From: Octopus vulgaris
Lineage: Eukaryota
Length of the DNA: 64,000 nt
Reading direction: 5' to 3'
NCBI GenBank assembly: GCA_951406725.2
Contig: OX597841.1
Location: 14,198,001-14,262,000, forward strand
Program-made: the position numbers and the translations under genes
The notes under the pieces: generated by a model
Seen by the model: only the letters and a program-made list of their open reading frames with translations
Databases searched by the model: none
Told to the model about the DNA's origin: nothing
Part shown: one piece after another, positions 37,870-51,639 of the stretch
How the letters are laid out: every line of letters begins with the position of its first letter
How positions within the stretch are numbered: position 1 is the stretch's first letter

Positions 37870-37984
37870 CTGTGAATCCTCATTAGTGTTGGCCTGAAGA
37901 AGGGTTGGGTTGATTTGTGTGGGTTTATCTGAAATGGGGTCAAGGGCTAACAAACGCCTGGAACTTCTGTAACCTTTGAAATGG
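37870..37984 (-). CDS. C1orf87: C1orf87-like exon 3
   Basis: ctttttttttcag|C...CAG|gtaagg. Reads HFKGYRSSRRLLALDPISDKPTQINPTLLQANTNEDSQ; phase 2 in, phase 0 out. Confidence 0.82.
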
Positions 37985-38055
37985 CTGAAAAAAAAAGAAG
38001 AATTGTTCATTAATTAGACATGCATCCCCTTTTCCTTGACTTTTTACGCACGCAT

Positions 38056-38205
38056 GTGTGGTAAGTAGCTTGTCTATCAACCACATGGTTCCGGGTTCAG
38101 TCCCACTGCGTGGCACCTTGGCCAAGTGTCTTCTACTATAGCCTCAGGCCGACCAAAGCCTTGTGAGTGGATTTGGTAGACGGAAACTGAAAGAAGCCTG
38201 TTGTA

Positions 38206-38243
<38 letters not shown>

Positions 38244-38643
38244 TGTGTGTGTTTGTGTGTCAGTGTTTGTCCCCCTAGCATTGCTTAACAACCAATGCTG
38301 GTGTGTTTATGTCCCCGTCACTTAGCGGTTTGGCAAAAGAGACCGATAGAATAAGTACTGGGCTTACAAAGAATAAGTCGTGGGGTCGAGTTCCTCAATT
38401 AAAGGCGGTGCTCCAGCATGGCCACAGTCAAATTACTGAAACAAGTAAAAGAGTAAAAGAGTAAAAGAGCATACACACACACACACACACATGATGGGCT
38501 TCTTTTAGTTTCCGTCTACCAAATCCACTCACAAGGCTTTGGTCAGCCTGAGGCTATAGTAGAAGATACTTGCCTGAGGTGCCACACAGTGGGACTGAAC
38601 CTGGAACCATGGCTTTGAGAAGCAAGCTTCTTGCCACGCAGCC
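38056..38643. mobile_element. Abutting inverted SINE family A pair
   Basis: 38056-38470 (+) and 38471-38643 (-, 5' half). Confidence 0.85.
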
Positions 38644-38652
38644 ATGATGATG

Positions 38653-38694
<42 letters not shown>

Positions 38695-39039
38695 CTATGG
38701 ATGTATATATGTATAAACATATGTATGTGTCTATATCTATATCTATGCTTACACACGTGCACACACTTAAAATCACACAAACACACACATAGACTCGAAC
38801 ATACACATATACACACATTCACACACTCACAAACACACATATATACTCACACACACATGCATGCTTACACATGCTCTCACATACACAAACAGACTTACTC
38901 TCTCTCATACACACACATATACACCCGTTTACACACACACACACACACACAAACATTCTCTCTCTCTCTCTCACATACACACACAACCAAAGGCACATAC
39001 ACACACACACACACACACAAAGAAATTAGGAATTCTTAC

Positions 39040-39185
39040 CTGTTTTTATCTTTAGTCTCTAAAACAGGGACGTATTTACTGCCAATTATTTTGATGGTCG
39101 TGGCTGGAGTATCAAGGGTACCAAACGGTGCATTCCTTGCCAAGAAGTTTCCAGAAGGCCAAATCTGCAATTGTTGACGATCACT
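39040..39185 (-). CDS. C1orf87: C1orf87-like exon 2
   Basis: ttttctaacag|AGT...AG|gtaaga. Reads SDRQQLQIW...DTPATTIKIIGSKYVPVLETKDKN; KIIGSK matches the recalled C1orf87 N-terminal VKIIGSKH. Confidence 0.9.
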
Positions 39186-39394
39186 CTGTTAGAAAAGGTT
39201 AGATTTAGTTACGATTTTACACAAAGGAGCAGATTTGATCGGGTGGTAAAGTCACTTGCTTTGTGACCAAGAGGCCTCAGGTTCAGGCCCAGCATGTGGC
39301 AACTCCGGCAAGTGTCTTTTAATATAGCTCAAGGTTGACCAAGGACTTGTGAGTGAATTTGGATTTTCCCCTACCGATATAATATATATATATA

Positions 39395-39478
39395 CAGTAA
39401 TCCCTTGACTATCATGGATGTTACAATCCAAAATACCCCATGATAGGGGACAATCCATGAAGTAGAAACTGTACTGTA
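39395..39478. mobile_element. Tigger/pogo-like terminal fragment
   Basis: TA|CAGTAATCCCTTGACTATC...ccatgatagg...ccatgaagtag, a CpG-decayed Tigger-type end. Confidence 0.45.
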
Positions 39479-40077
39479 TATATTTTATTATTATTATTTA
39501 TATCATCATCATCATCATCATCGTTTAGCGTCCATTTTCCGTGCTAGCACGGGTTGGACAGTTCGACCGGGGTCTGGGAAGCCAGGGGCTGCACCAGGCT
39601 CCAGTCTGATCTGGCAGTGTTTCTACAGCTGGATGCCCTTCCTAACGCCAACCACTCCGTGAGTGTAGTGGGTGCTTTTTATGTGCCACCTGCACAGGTG
39701 CCAAGCGAGGCTGGCAATGGTCACGGTCGGATTGGTGCATTTTATGTGCCACCGGCATAGAAGCCAGTTGAAGCGGCAATGGCATCTGCCACGATTCGGA
39801 TAGCGCTTTTTACATACCACCAGTCCAGGGGTCCTGGCAACTGCCGGGTGCCAGTCATAGGATTGGTTCAATTTTGATTCCGATTTCGATTTCACTTGCC
39901 CCAACAGGTCTTCGCAGGCAGAGAAGGGGGGTTGGCATGGGTGCCTGTCATCGGATGAGGTTCGATTTCGACTTCGCTTGCCTCAACAGGTCCTTGTGTG
40001 TTCAAGGGAGGAAAGACATGCATAAGTGGGCTGGACTCACTTGTCCTGCCTGGTCTTCTCACGCACTGAGGTCTTCT

Positions 40078-40133
<56 letters not shown>

Positions 40134-40559
40134 ACCGTGAGCTATCACTGTATTTCTAATGATATATATATATTACTAAATGAATCGCTGCAGTCGAGTG
40201 TCCATCACTGATGAAACCAAGAAAGGTCGAAACCCCATGATTTTGTGGTGTTGGGGCTGGAGGTTACAGAGATTTATCTCCCCACCAATCTTATAAACAG
40301 AAAGGCATTGTTCACCAAAAGTCTCTCCCTTATTCTGTCCACTGCAGTAAAGCTTGTTCAAATTGAATTAACCGTGTTTAAGTGGGGATAATTATTATCT
40401 CTCAGCATTTAATATTAGCTTTGTTGCTCATAAATAAATTATGTTGAATTCATGACTGGGAATTGGATACGCAAATGGATTTATATGGAGGCCTAAGTAA
40501 AGGTTAACTGTTATAGGATCTCATTCGGAAGAATAGGAACTTTTCAATGTGCACACATA

Positions 40560-42000
<1,441 letters not shown>

Positions 42001-42572
42001 TGAGTGTATATAATTCCTGTCCTCTTCTCAACCGCCAGCCTTTCTGTTTTTGTGTTTTCGGCCGGTTGTGCTGCTTGTTGCTAAGGTGGTGACCCCCGAA
42101 ACACGACACCCGAGTATTAGTGGCAACCCAACCTCAATAAGTCACTCGTTGACAATCCCAAATGTGAGTGTAGAGACATACATGCCTTGACCTGTCCGCG
42201 CTTCGTCTTGCTTCGTCGTATCTGGTTTCCTCTCGTCTCGTCCCGTCTTGTTTATCTAGGTGGCGCTGCTGTGCGCGTTACGTAACCAATGGAAACACAG
42301 GTCTACGCTTAACCATGTGGGTAAGAAGTTTAGTTATGGAAGGCCGGGTGTTAGGTTCAATCCTAGTCTATGGCAGTTGGGACTATAATGTTAAGGGCCA
42401 TTTATTCTACTGTAGGGTTTGGCTACATGTTGACGAATGTGTTGCGGGTTGAATATGGTAACAGGGTAGATGGAGATTTTGTGGTGGGGTAGGGGCCCAA
42501 ATTTATGTGTATATGTATATGTGTCATCTGTGTGTGTGTGTGTGTGTGTGTTAGTATGTGAGTGCAGGTATA

Positions 42573-43353
42573 CAGGGTGGCCCAAAAGAAGGTTTACAGT
42601 TATTTAAGTATCTCTTTTGCATTCATATAATCCCAATATATATATAGGCGCAGGAGTGGCTGTGTGGTAAGTAGCTTGCTAACCAACCACATGGTTCTGG
42701 GTTCAGTCCCACTGCGTGGCACCTTGGGCAAGTGTCTTCTGCTATAGCCCCGGGCTGACCAATGCCTTGTGAGTGGATTTGGTAAACGGAAACTGAAAGA
42801 AGCCTGTCGTATATATGTATATATATATATGTGTGTGTGCGTGTATGTTTGTGTGTGTGTTTGTCCCCCTAGCATTGCTTGACAACCGATGCTGGTGTGT
42901 TTACGTCCCCGTCACTTTGCGGTTCGGCAAAAGAGACCGATAGATTAAGTACTGGGCTTACAAAGAATAAGTCCCAGGGTCAATTTGCTTGACTAAAGGC
43001 GGTGCTCCAGCATGGCCGAAGTCAAATGACTGAAACAAGTAAAAGAGTAAAAGAGTATATGTATATATATTTGCCCAAAATGCTGAGCCTCGAGACTGAA
43101 CCCAAGATCTCGGGGTTACGAAGTGGACCTCTGAACCCTTGATTACACAAACACCCTTAAAATATGTTGATGAACAGAGGAGAAAATGATGACATTATGA
43201 GTGTTTAGATCTTAATTGTAAAAAAAATACGAAACCATTATTCTTTGCTAATTTTAGTTGATTGAAAAATGGAAATTTAAATGTAATAAAATGTTTTAAA
43301 AGGAATTTAAAGTGCCTACGTGATCACTGGAAACCTGCTTTTGGGTCACCCTG
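42573..43353. mobile_element. Tc1/mariner-type non-autonomous element with nested SINE
   Basis: TA|CAGGGTGGCCCAAAAGAAGGTTT...AAACCTGCTTTTGGGTCACCCTG|TA. A SINE is nested at 42646-43057. Confidence 0.8.
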
Positions 43354-43456
43354 TATTTCAAAATGACTATCAATCTATATATCAGTGTGTGTGTGTTCCA
43401 AAGTAATCACATAAATGGGGGGGAAAATAGTACTCGAATACCGGAGGCAGAGTAAT

Positions 43457-43509
<53 letters not shown>

Positions 43510-43512
43510 CAC

Positions 43513-43548
<36 letters not shown>

Positions 43549-43583
43549 CACCATCATCACCATCATCATCATCATCATCATCC

Positions 43584-43617
<34 letters not shown>

Positions 43618-43725
43618 CACCATCATTATCCTCACCATCATCATCATCCTCACCATCATCATCATCATCATCCTCACCATCATCATCACCATCACTATCA
43701 TCATCCTCACCATCATCATCCTCAC

Positions 43726-43764
<39 letters not shown>

Positions 43765-43779
43765 CACCATCATCATCAC

Positions 43780-43812
<33 letters not shown>

Positions 43813-43819
43813 CACCATC

Positions 43820-43893
<74 letters not shown>

Positions 43894-43966
43894 CACCATC
43901 ATCATCATCATCATCATCATCATCCTCACCATCATCATCATCCTCACCATCATCATCATCATCATC
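43457..43966. repeat. (CAT)n microsatellite, expanded tail of a family B retroposon
   Basis: Contiguous with the cgtttagcgtccgctttccatgc family B end. Confidence 0.95.
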
Positions 43967-44849
43967 GTTTAGCGTCCGCTTTCCATGCTAGCATGGGTTG
44001 GACGGTTCAACTGGGGTCTGGGAAGCCAGGAGGCTGCACAAGGCTCCAGTCTGATCTGGCAGTGTTTCTACAGCTGGATGCCCTTCCTAATGCCAACCAC
44101 TCCACGAGTGTAGTGGGTGCTTTTTACGTGCCACCGACACAGGTGCCAAGGGAGTCTGGCATCGGCCACGATCAGTTGGTGCTTTTAACGTGCCACCTCA
44201 CGGAAGCCAGTCGAGGCGGCGCTGGCATCAGCCACGTTCGGATGGTGCTTCAAAATGACTATCAATCTATATATTAGTGTGTGTGTGTGTGTTCCAAAGT
44301 AATCAAATAAATGTGGGGGAAAATAGTACTCGAATACAGGAGGTAGAGTAATATGCGTTATTATTATTAAAGCTGTGAAGAGATCACAAAAAATCTGCTA
44401 CTCAGAGTTTCATATTCCTGTTCGAAAAACAGGAATGTTTTTTGTGATATTTTTGTGATATTTTTGTGATGTTTTTGTGGTGTTTTTGCACCTTTGATAA
44501 TGATAAAGGATATATATTGTAGTTCAAGAAATACTGTCTAAATACAAGACGGGATGGTCACAGGTGGAACACATTTGATTATATCTCTTCAGGATCAGGA
44601 CTGACCGAGGGTTAAACAATAACAACAGCAAAAGCACAATGCCCCACACCCCCCACCTCTCTGGAGGTCACCACTTGGCCCCTCCCCATCTCAAGGGCCA
44701 TGTTTGCAATCAAGAGATCACAAGTTCACACCCCAGTTTGTCTGGTACCCCACACACTCAGGACATAGGGGTACCACCCTCCACTTCCACTCATGTTCTC
44801 ACATATTAGAGAATGTATGTTATCAGCTCCCCCAAACGGGGTTCCAATT

Positions 44850-46090
44850 ATGACCATCCCATCTTTTATACATTCTGACATAGCATACCTTGGACTATAT
44901 AACCTAATGTGTCCTTCCTTATAGTTTAAACCCAGATCAATCCTAATTCAGTAGCCCTAGCCATCCCTCCCCATAACCATTTCAGCCCTTATTCAGGCAT
45001 AGCATATCTAGGACTACATTATCCAATGTATCCGTTTTTGTTGTTGTTGTTTAATCCCAGGTCTGTCCTGATTCAGTTGACTTATGCTCAAAAGCTTTCC
45101 AGCAGTCATCATCATTGTTCGACCGTGGTCGAGACACTGGAATTTACCATGCTACACCAGACCTCACGGTCCATCATGGCATTACGGAGGTCCTGTTGCT
45201 GGATGCCTGTATCCCTGGAGATTACATCAGGGTAGGAGAGTGTGCGCCCTCTGGTATCGCGAGCAGATGGCTTCCAGAGGAGAAGAGTAGAAATTACCTC
45301 TTTTTCAGCTCAACAAAAATGTCCAGCCAACTGGACTCTCCTATCTTTCACAAGAGATGACACAGGTGGTAGTTTCCCATATATTTGCTTTTTGGTTGGA
45401 TGACGCTTCCACGAGAGATTTTGAGCTCTCATAAGGGGGCGAGTGTAGGTTCCATCCAACCACCTCTCAAGCTTCTTTGATAACGTCCAGGTTTCTGAGC
45501 CATATTGTAGAATTGGTTCGACTGTGGCTTTGAAGATTTCAAGTTTGAAGTCTCTACTTAGATTTGATGACCAGATCTTATGCATATCATTACAGGCTGA
45601 CCAGGCCATACCCTTTCTAGTTAGGAATGGCAGTGACCATGCCATTTTTTCCTCAAGCATAGTGTATCTCGGACAACATTATCTAATGTGCCCTTTCTTG
45701 TTGTTTTATAACCCCAGGTCAAACTTGATTCAGCAGACCAATGATCAAAGATGTTCCAGCTGTGACCATCCTGTAGAGCTATGATCAAAACTGTTCCAGA
45801 TTTCATCATGCCATCTTTTATTCAGGCATAGTGTATCTAGGACTACATTATCTAATGCATCCTTCCTAGTTGTCTTTGGCCTTGTTGTTTAGCCCCAGGT
45901 CAGTCCTGATCCAGCAGACCTATGATCAAAAATGTTCCAGCTGTGACCATCCTGTCTTTTATTCAGGCACAGTGTATCTAGGACTACATTATCTAATGTG
46001 TCCTTCCTTGTTATTGTTGTTTAGCCCCAGGTCAGTCCTGATCCAGTAGGCCTATGAACAAAGACGTTCCAGACATGACCACCCCATCTT
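44850..46090. repeat. ~125-bp tandem repeat array interrupted by the RTE fragment
   Basis: Recurrent ttattcaggcatagtgtatctaggactacattatctaatg / ccccaggtcagtcctgatccagcagacctatgatcaaa. Confidence 0.8.
45106..45622 (-). mobile_element. RTE-clade LINE 3' fragment
   Basis: KLEIFKATVEPILQYGSETWTL...RRVQLAGH...MMDREVW followed by a (TGA)n tail. YGSETW and AGH motifs typify the RTE ORF C-terminus; contains an internal stop. Confidence 0.9.
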
Positions 46091-46113
46091 GCGGCAAAGA
46101 GGAAAACACTTAC

Positions 46114-46134
46114 CTTTCGACCGAACTTTGTCAT
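46114..46134 (-). CDS. C1orf87: C1orf87-like exon 1, coding part (MTKFGRK)
   Basis: ATG at 46134-46132 and perfect donor AAG|gtaagt. Phase 0 matches exon 2; X-box just upstream. Total CDS 2,139 nt = 712 aa plus stop. Confidence 0.75.
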
Positions 46135-46187
46135 TTCTGCAGTTTCAGTTTTACACTCCTCCTGGGGCCTCTGTCGAATCTGTTATA

Positions 46188-46213
46188 GTTACCATGACAA
46201 CGATGGTGGCAAC
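46188..46213. promoter_or_regulatory. RFX X-box plus adjacent half-site in the C1orf87-like promoter
   Basis: GTTACCATGACAAC (46188-46201) fits the 14-bp X-box consensus (GTTGCCATGGCAAC type). An extra GGCAAC half-site ends at 46213. It lies 54 nt from the ATG. Confidence 0.75.
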
Positions 46214-46469
46214 GGGCAAATATTAAAAGGGAGATGATGTAATGAGCTAAGCACTAGCGAGGGGGTGGGTTGCACTGCGATGCACGAGGGTAGAAGGACG
46301 GGGCTAGGGGGGGTGAGCTAGTCTGCGTGTGTCGTGATGTCACTTTGTCGCGTTGTCGTGTTGGCGTGCGACCGAGTAGGGGACTAGAGTGCTAGCTAAC
46401 ACCAGTTTTATATTTGCTGGGGGTAATGTGATGCTATTTCGCAAAGGGATTTATAATAACAACAACAAC

Positions 46470-46502
<33 letters not shown>

Positions 46503-46708
46503 TTCTACAGAAAGTTTGTTAGAAACAGAATGCCTTGTGGAGTTCCAACAGAAAGTTTGTATTTTAGGGACAGCAGCAAGGGTTATCAGGGAGGGGTTCC
46601 AAGCACTTGAAAGGCTGCCGAAAACAAGTGAGCACCTAGGGTTACAGGCAGTAATCCGCTACCAACAAAAACCCAACCAGGAATAAGACCAAACCAGAGC
46701 TTTGTTTC

Positions 46709-46739
<31 letters not shown>

Positions 46740-47095
46740 GTGAGCTTATTGTGTATTTACAATGCTTAGGATACACTTTTGACTAATCAAAATGTTAGTT
46801 TGTTGGGGTAATGGGTCTTCTCAAATCTTAAGAACTTTTCTCAGGGTCCTTACAGCCCCTTCATCTCCCTGGTTAGGTCCAGATATTACTCAATTTAAAA
46901 AAAAATTCTTCTTTTTTTTTTTTTTTTTTGGTACTCAATTTTTTTAGGTATCTTTGATGGGAATAATAAACAAAGCTTAATGTATAGAGTGCTAGGGTAC
47001 GTACTCTACGATTTGTCAGAAAAGGGCAAAAGAGGGGACAGAAAGCAGGCACATAAGTCAAGTAAAGAAAGACAGGGGCGGCGGTGTTAAGGAAT

Positions 47096-47340
47096 TTAGG
47101 GAATCATTGGATTTCTGAAGGATACAGTGTGCAGACAAGTAAAAGCTGATGTAGGGAGTTTAGTCCATGCTTTGACAATTCTGAATATAAAGAAATATTT
47201 CCAGGGATCGTAGGTAATCCATTTTTAAGAAATATTTTATAAGCAAATCCATGAGTGGTAGAGATTTTAAAGCTCAAAAGGTGACGTAGAAAGGTGTACA
47301 GAGGTGAATACAGAGAGAGGTTTGTGTGTCGTGGGTCCTT
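47096..47340 (-). mobile_element. Degenerate CR1-like LINE 3' fragment
   Basis: Minus frames give THGFAYKI and KYFFIFRIVKAWTKLP, decayed versions of TRGHxYKL and FFxxRVVxxWNxLP. Confidence 0.55.
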
Positions 47341-47399
47341 AGTATCTTAATGTTATATTGTTGAAGGGTTTGTGGCCTTGTGATGAGAATGTGCCACTG

Positions 47400-47878
47400 G
47401 TAAAGTGGGTGTGGCTATCTGACAGTGTGTTCTTGTGATGTGGGCGTGGTCAGGTGCCACTGTGTTCTTGTGATGTCATTTTGTCAATGATAAGGCGGGC
47501 GTGTTCAGGTGGCATTATTCATGTTCTTGTGATGTCTCTATGTCATCAATGAAGTGGGCGTGGTCAGGTGAACTGTTTGTGGTCTTGATGTCACTGTGCT
47601 ATCAATGAAATGGGCGGGGTCAGGTGGCACTGTGTTCTTGTGATGTCACTGTGTTATCAATGAAGTGGGCGTGGTCAGGTGGCACTGTGTTCTTGTGATG
47701 TCACTGTGCTATCAACGAAGTGGGCGTGGTCAGGTGGCACTGTGTTCTTGTGATGTCACTGTGCTATAAATCAAGTGGGCGTGGTCAGGTGGCACTGTGT
47801 TTATGTGATGTCACTGTGTTATCAACGAAGTGGGTGTGGTCAGGTGGCACTGTTTTTGTGTTCTTGTGATGTCAGTGT
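47400..47878. repeat. 55-bp minisatellite (~9 cores)
   Basis: Unit gtgggcgtggtcaggtggcactgtgttcttgtgatgtcactgtg(c/t)tatcaa(t/c)gaa. Confidence 0.93.
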
Positions 47879-48345
47879 ACCACAGATGAAACCACCCCCT
47901 AGGGGGCGTGATTTCAAGTTATTTAACAGAGATATTAAAATAACTGTGTGCCCCAGCTTGGCCACAGCATACAGATTGAAACAATGATGTATAAAAAAAA
48001 TCTTGCATTAAACTGAAGGATTATTTAATATTTTTTCTAGAATACTGATAAACTTCGAAGTCACTATCACCATTTTCTTGCAAAAGTATAATAAATATGT
48101 AAACAAAGATATGATACACACACACACACACACATGTACACATGTGTATCCTGGTATCTGTCTGTCTGTTTGTCTGTTTATGTTATGTTTGTGTGTGTGT
48201 GTGAGTATGTGTGTGTGTGAGTATGTGTGTGTGTGTGTGTGTGTAGGAGTGTGTATTGATTTTAATTTTTATGTCAAGTTGTAATAAACAGAATTTCAGG
48301 CCAGCGAAATTTTGCAGTCACCATCAATAATAGTTTATATAGAAA

Positions 48346-48381
<36 letters not shown>

Positions 48382-48400
48382 TGTATGTGTGTGTGAGTGT

Positions 48401-48435
<35 letters not shown>

Positions 48436-49174
48436 CATACACTATGTGTATGTACCTAGCTGTTTATATAATTTATAAATATATATATATGTGCATTTAT
48501 GTAAGTATTTACATGTACATGCATATATGTGTGTGTGTGTGTGTTTATATATGTATTAATGCTTGAAGTGGGGTATATATGAGAGAGAGTTATTTAACAA
48601 CAGGATGTGGAATCAACACACGTCTATAAGTTGTTAGGGGCACGCTGGCAGCACAATATTCTCTCGTGTGGTTGTTCCCATGTTGTTTTGTGACTTATGA
48701 GGCACCTTGGTGTATAATTAAGAGATGATGGTCATAGAGATATTTAACTAATGAATATAGAATGAACACACATATCTATACACACGTATATATGTATGTG
48801 TCTTTATGTATATGCATGCAGGCATGTGTGCACGTATGTATACATGTATGTATGTGTGTATGTATGCATTTATGTATGTATATATGTATGTATGTATGTA
48901 TGTATGTGTGTATGTACAGATGTATGTATATATGTGTGTATGTATGTGTATGTATGTATATATTTATGTATGTATATATGTATATATGTATGTATGTGTG
49001 TATGTGTATGTATGTACGTATGTATGTATGAATGTGTATATGTGTGTGTATCTATGTACATATACATATATATATATGTTTATATATGTATGTATGTATT
49101 ATGTATAAGTATGTAATTGTTGCTTGTATATTAAGGAAGAAGTGTATATACAGAAGGCATATAAACGGCAGTAT

Positions 49175-49179
<5 letters not shown>

Positions 49180-49206
<27 letters not shown>

Positions 49207-49355
49207 TGTGTACAGTGCTTGGGTGCACTACAACTCATCTAAAGTGTATGTATAATTTTGGCGGATTTCGGGAAGCATGAGGGCCTTAAAGGATGCAGTG
49301 TCATGGCAGTCAACAACTGACGCAGGCAGTTTATTCCATGCTTCAGCAACTCTGA
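49180..49355 (-). mobile_element. CR1/L2-like LINE 3' end
   Basis: Minus frame RVAEAWNKLPASVVDCHDTASFK (WNxLP motif), followed by an (ATT)n tail. Confidence 0.75.
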
Positions 49356-50161
49356 TTTATAGATTTAACACACAGTTCTTTATACAGGTAAGTAAATATA
49401 CATAAGTATATATACATGAGCTTATATACATAAATGTGTGTGTTAAAGCAGCTGTTGTTGTTTGTTCTTTGAAGGGGTGATGTATATAGAGAAAATTATA
49501 TACACAGTGCTATTTATTTGGAATAAACACACATGTCACACAGACAGGTGCCTCCTAATATATATACATATATATATCCATAAAAGGTTTAGCGTTATTG
49601 CATAGCATCACATCCCAAAACCTGTTGGCACAAGACCTCTTAAGAATATGTGTATATATATATATATATTTATGTACGAGTGTATATACAGTGTATATAT
49701 ACAGTAAATATACAGAGTGTTACCTAACAAGAGAATGTAGAATTAAAAGACACATATGTATACACACAGTTTGGTGCATCCTGATGTCACAGTGCAGCAC
49801 TGTCACGTAGCATCCCTGCAGTGCTGCACCTGTGCAGTGGCTGGGTGCAGAATTAAGAGGTGGTGGCCACGGAGCTCTTTAAAAAACCGAATGTAGAATT
49901 CATATGCATCACAGTGTTGTTAGGTATATCCTCGCATCACAATTTCCGAATGGCAGTAATCCTTTCAGTGCTTTAAGCTTCATGATGTAAGCCAGGCATA
50001 ATTCTACCCATCCATATATATACATATATATACATACATATATATATATTGGTAATTAGCAAGGGATTTCTCCAAATGTTTACTGGTTTGCTCACAGGTG
50101 TTCAAAATAGGTTAATCAACAGTTGATATATAAATCCAATGATAATTCTGTGATATATATA

Positions 50162-50229
<68 letters not shown>

Positions 50230-50802
50230 CCTTATTATTATGTGTGTGTATTTGAATGGTTTGGTAAGCGTTAACACGTGACACTCTCGGCCCTTTAGTC
50301 ACTCTGTTACTTCTACTAAATATTAATAAAAATATATATCCTCACATTTCGACTCCTGTTTTTTCCTTTTTGCATTGCCAAACCTCATATACATACATAC
50401 AAATATATATATGTATATATATATAGATAGATATATATACAATTTAATTGCATCAAGGACCTATAATCCTTTGAGGGATGCTAACATCCTTGTTCTCCGG
50501 TTTATACCAGTGTTCAGTGAAAACTAAATACATTAGTTTTAGTTTTGCAGTAATATATGTGTGTGTGTGTATATATATATCTAAATATTTAAGATATTTA
50601 TGAATGAGATGGATTTGAATATCTTTAAATAAAATGATGTCTGCACATCAATTTCTCCATTTCCTTTTTCATCTCATTCACATATGTAAGTATATAAGTA
50701 TGTATGTATGTATGTATGCATAAATGTATGTATGTATGTATGTATGTATTTGAGTACTATTTTCTCCACCTTGTTTTGCACATATGTGCACACCTGTGTT
50801 TG

Positions 50803-50833
<31 letters not shown>

Positions 50834-50978
50834 ATTTTTCAAATATTAATTATAATAAAGAGTAAAAATAATTAATGATTTTTACCAGGTGGTCAGCGCA
50901 GAAATAAAAACCTCACAGGTAAATTTTACAAGCATTTTGAAACTTTATATACATAATTATAAAATATTTACATGTATG

Positions 50979-51009
<31 letters not shown>

Positions 51010-51639
51010 CTGTGTGTATGTATGTATATATATATTAAAGTGATGGTTGTCGTATATGCTTTGAGGGAGAGCTTTACATTGTGCAATTATTCGGGCAATG
51101 TTGATTCGACGGAGAGAGTGAGGTGATGCACTTCACAAACATTTTGATCACCATAAACAAATCACCTTTGCAGGTCGCTCGGCGGAGAAATTGCAGAAAC
51201 CTCGTCTGACGTCTACAACAGGACAGCATCCACCGTGCGTATAAAGGTGTGTGTGTGTGTGTCTGTGGGTGTGTTTGGGTGTATGTGTGGGTATTTGTGT
51301 GTCTGTGGGTGTTTGTATTCAGAGAAAGAGTTATTTAAAACAAAGAACTGCTTCCACAAAAGAAGCCAGGTCTTCCATACTGACTGACACGGAAACCAAA
51401 TCCGGACAAGGTTTTGATGAAGTCGTCAAACAGGCAGCTGGGATTGACCACTGGATGGAGGGATTAACTGGTGGTGGTGGTGGTGGGGGTGGTGAGGATG
51501 GGAATTGACAGGGGTGGGGGGGGTGTAGTGGTGATGGTTTTTTTGTGATGCGGTTGGTGGTGGTAGTGGTGGTGTGACTACTGCGGTTTCGGCGGTGATG
51601 ATGGTTGTAGTGGTGGTGGTGGTGGTGGTAGTTGTAGTT

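Noticed and set aside
51174-51246. AG/GT-bounded candidate + strand exon
   Set aside because: No partner exons or recognisable peptide; the donor runs into (GT)n and the region looks repeat-derived.
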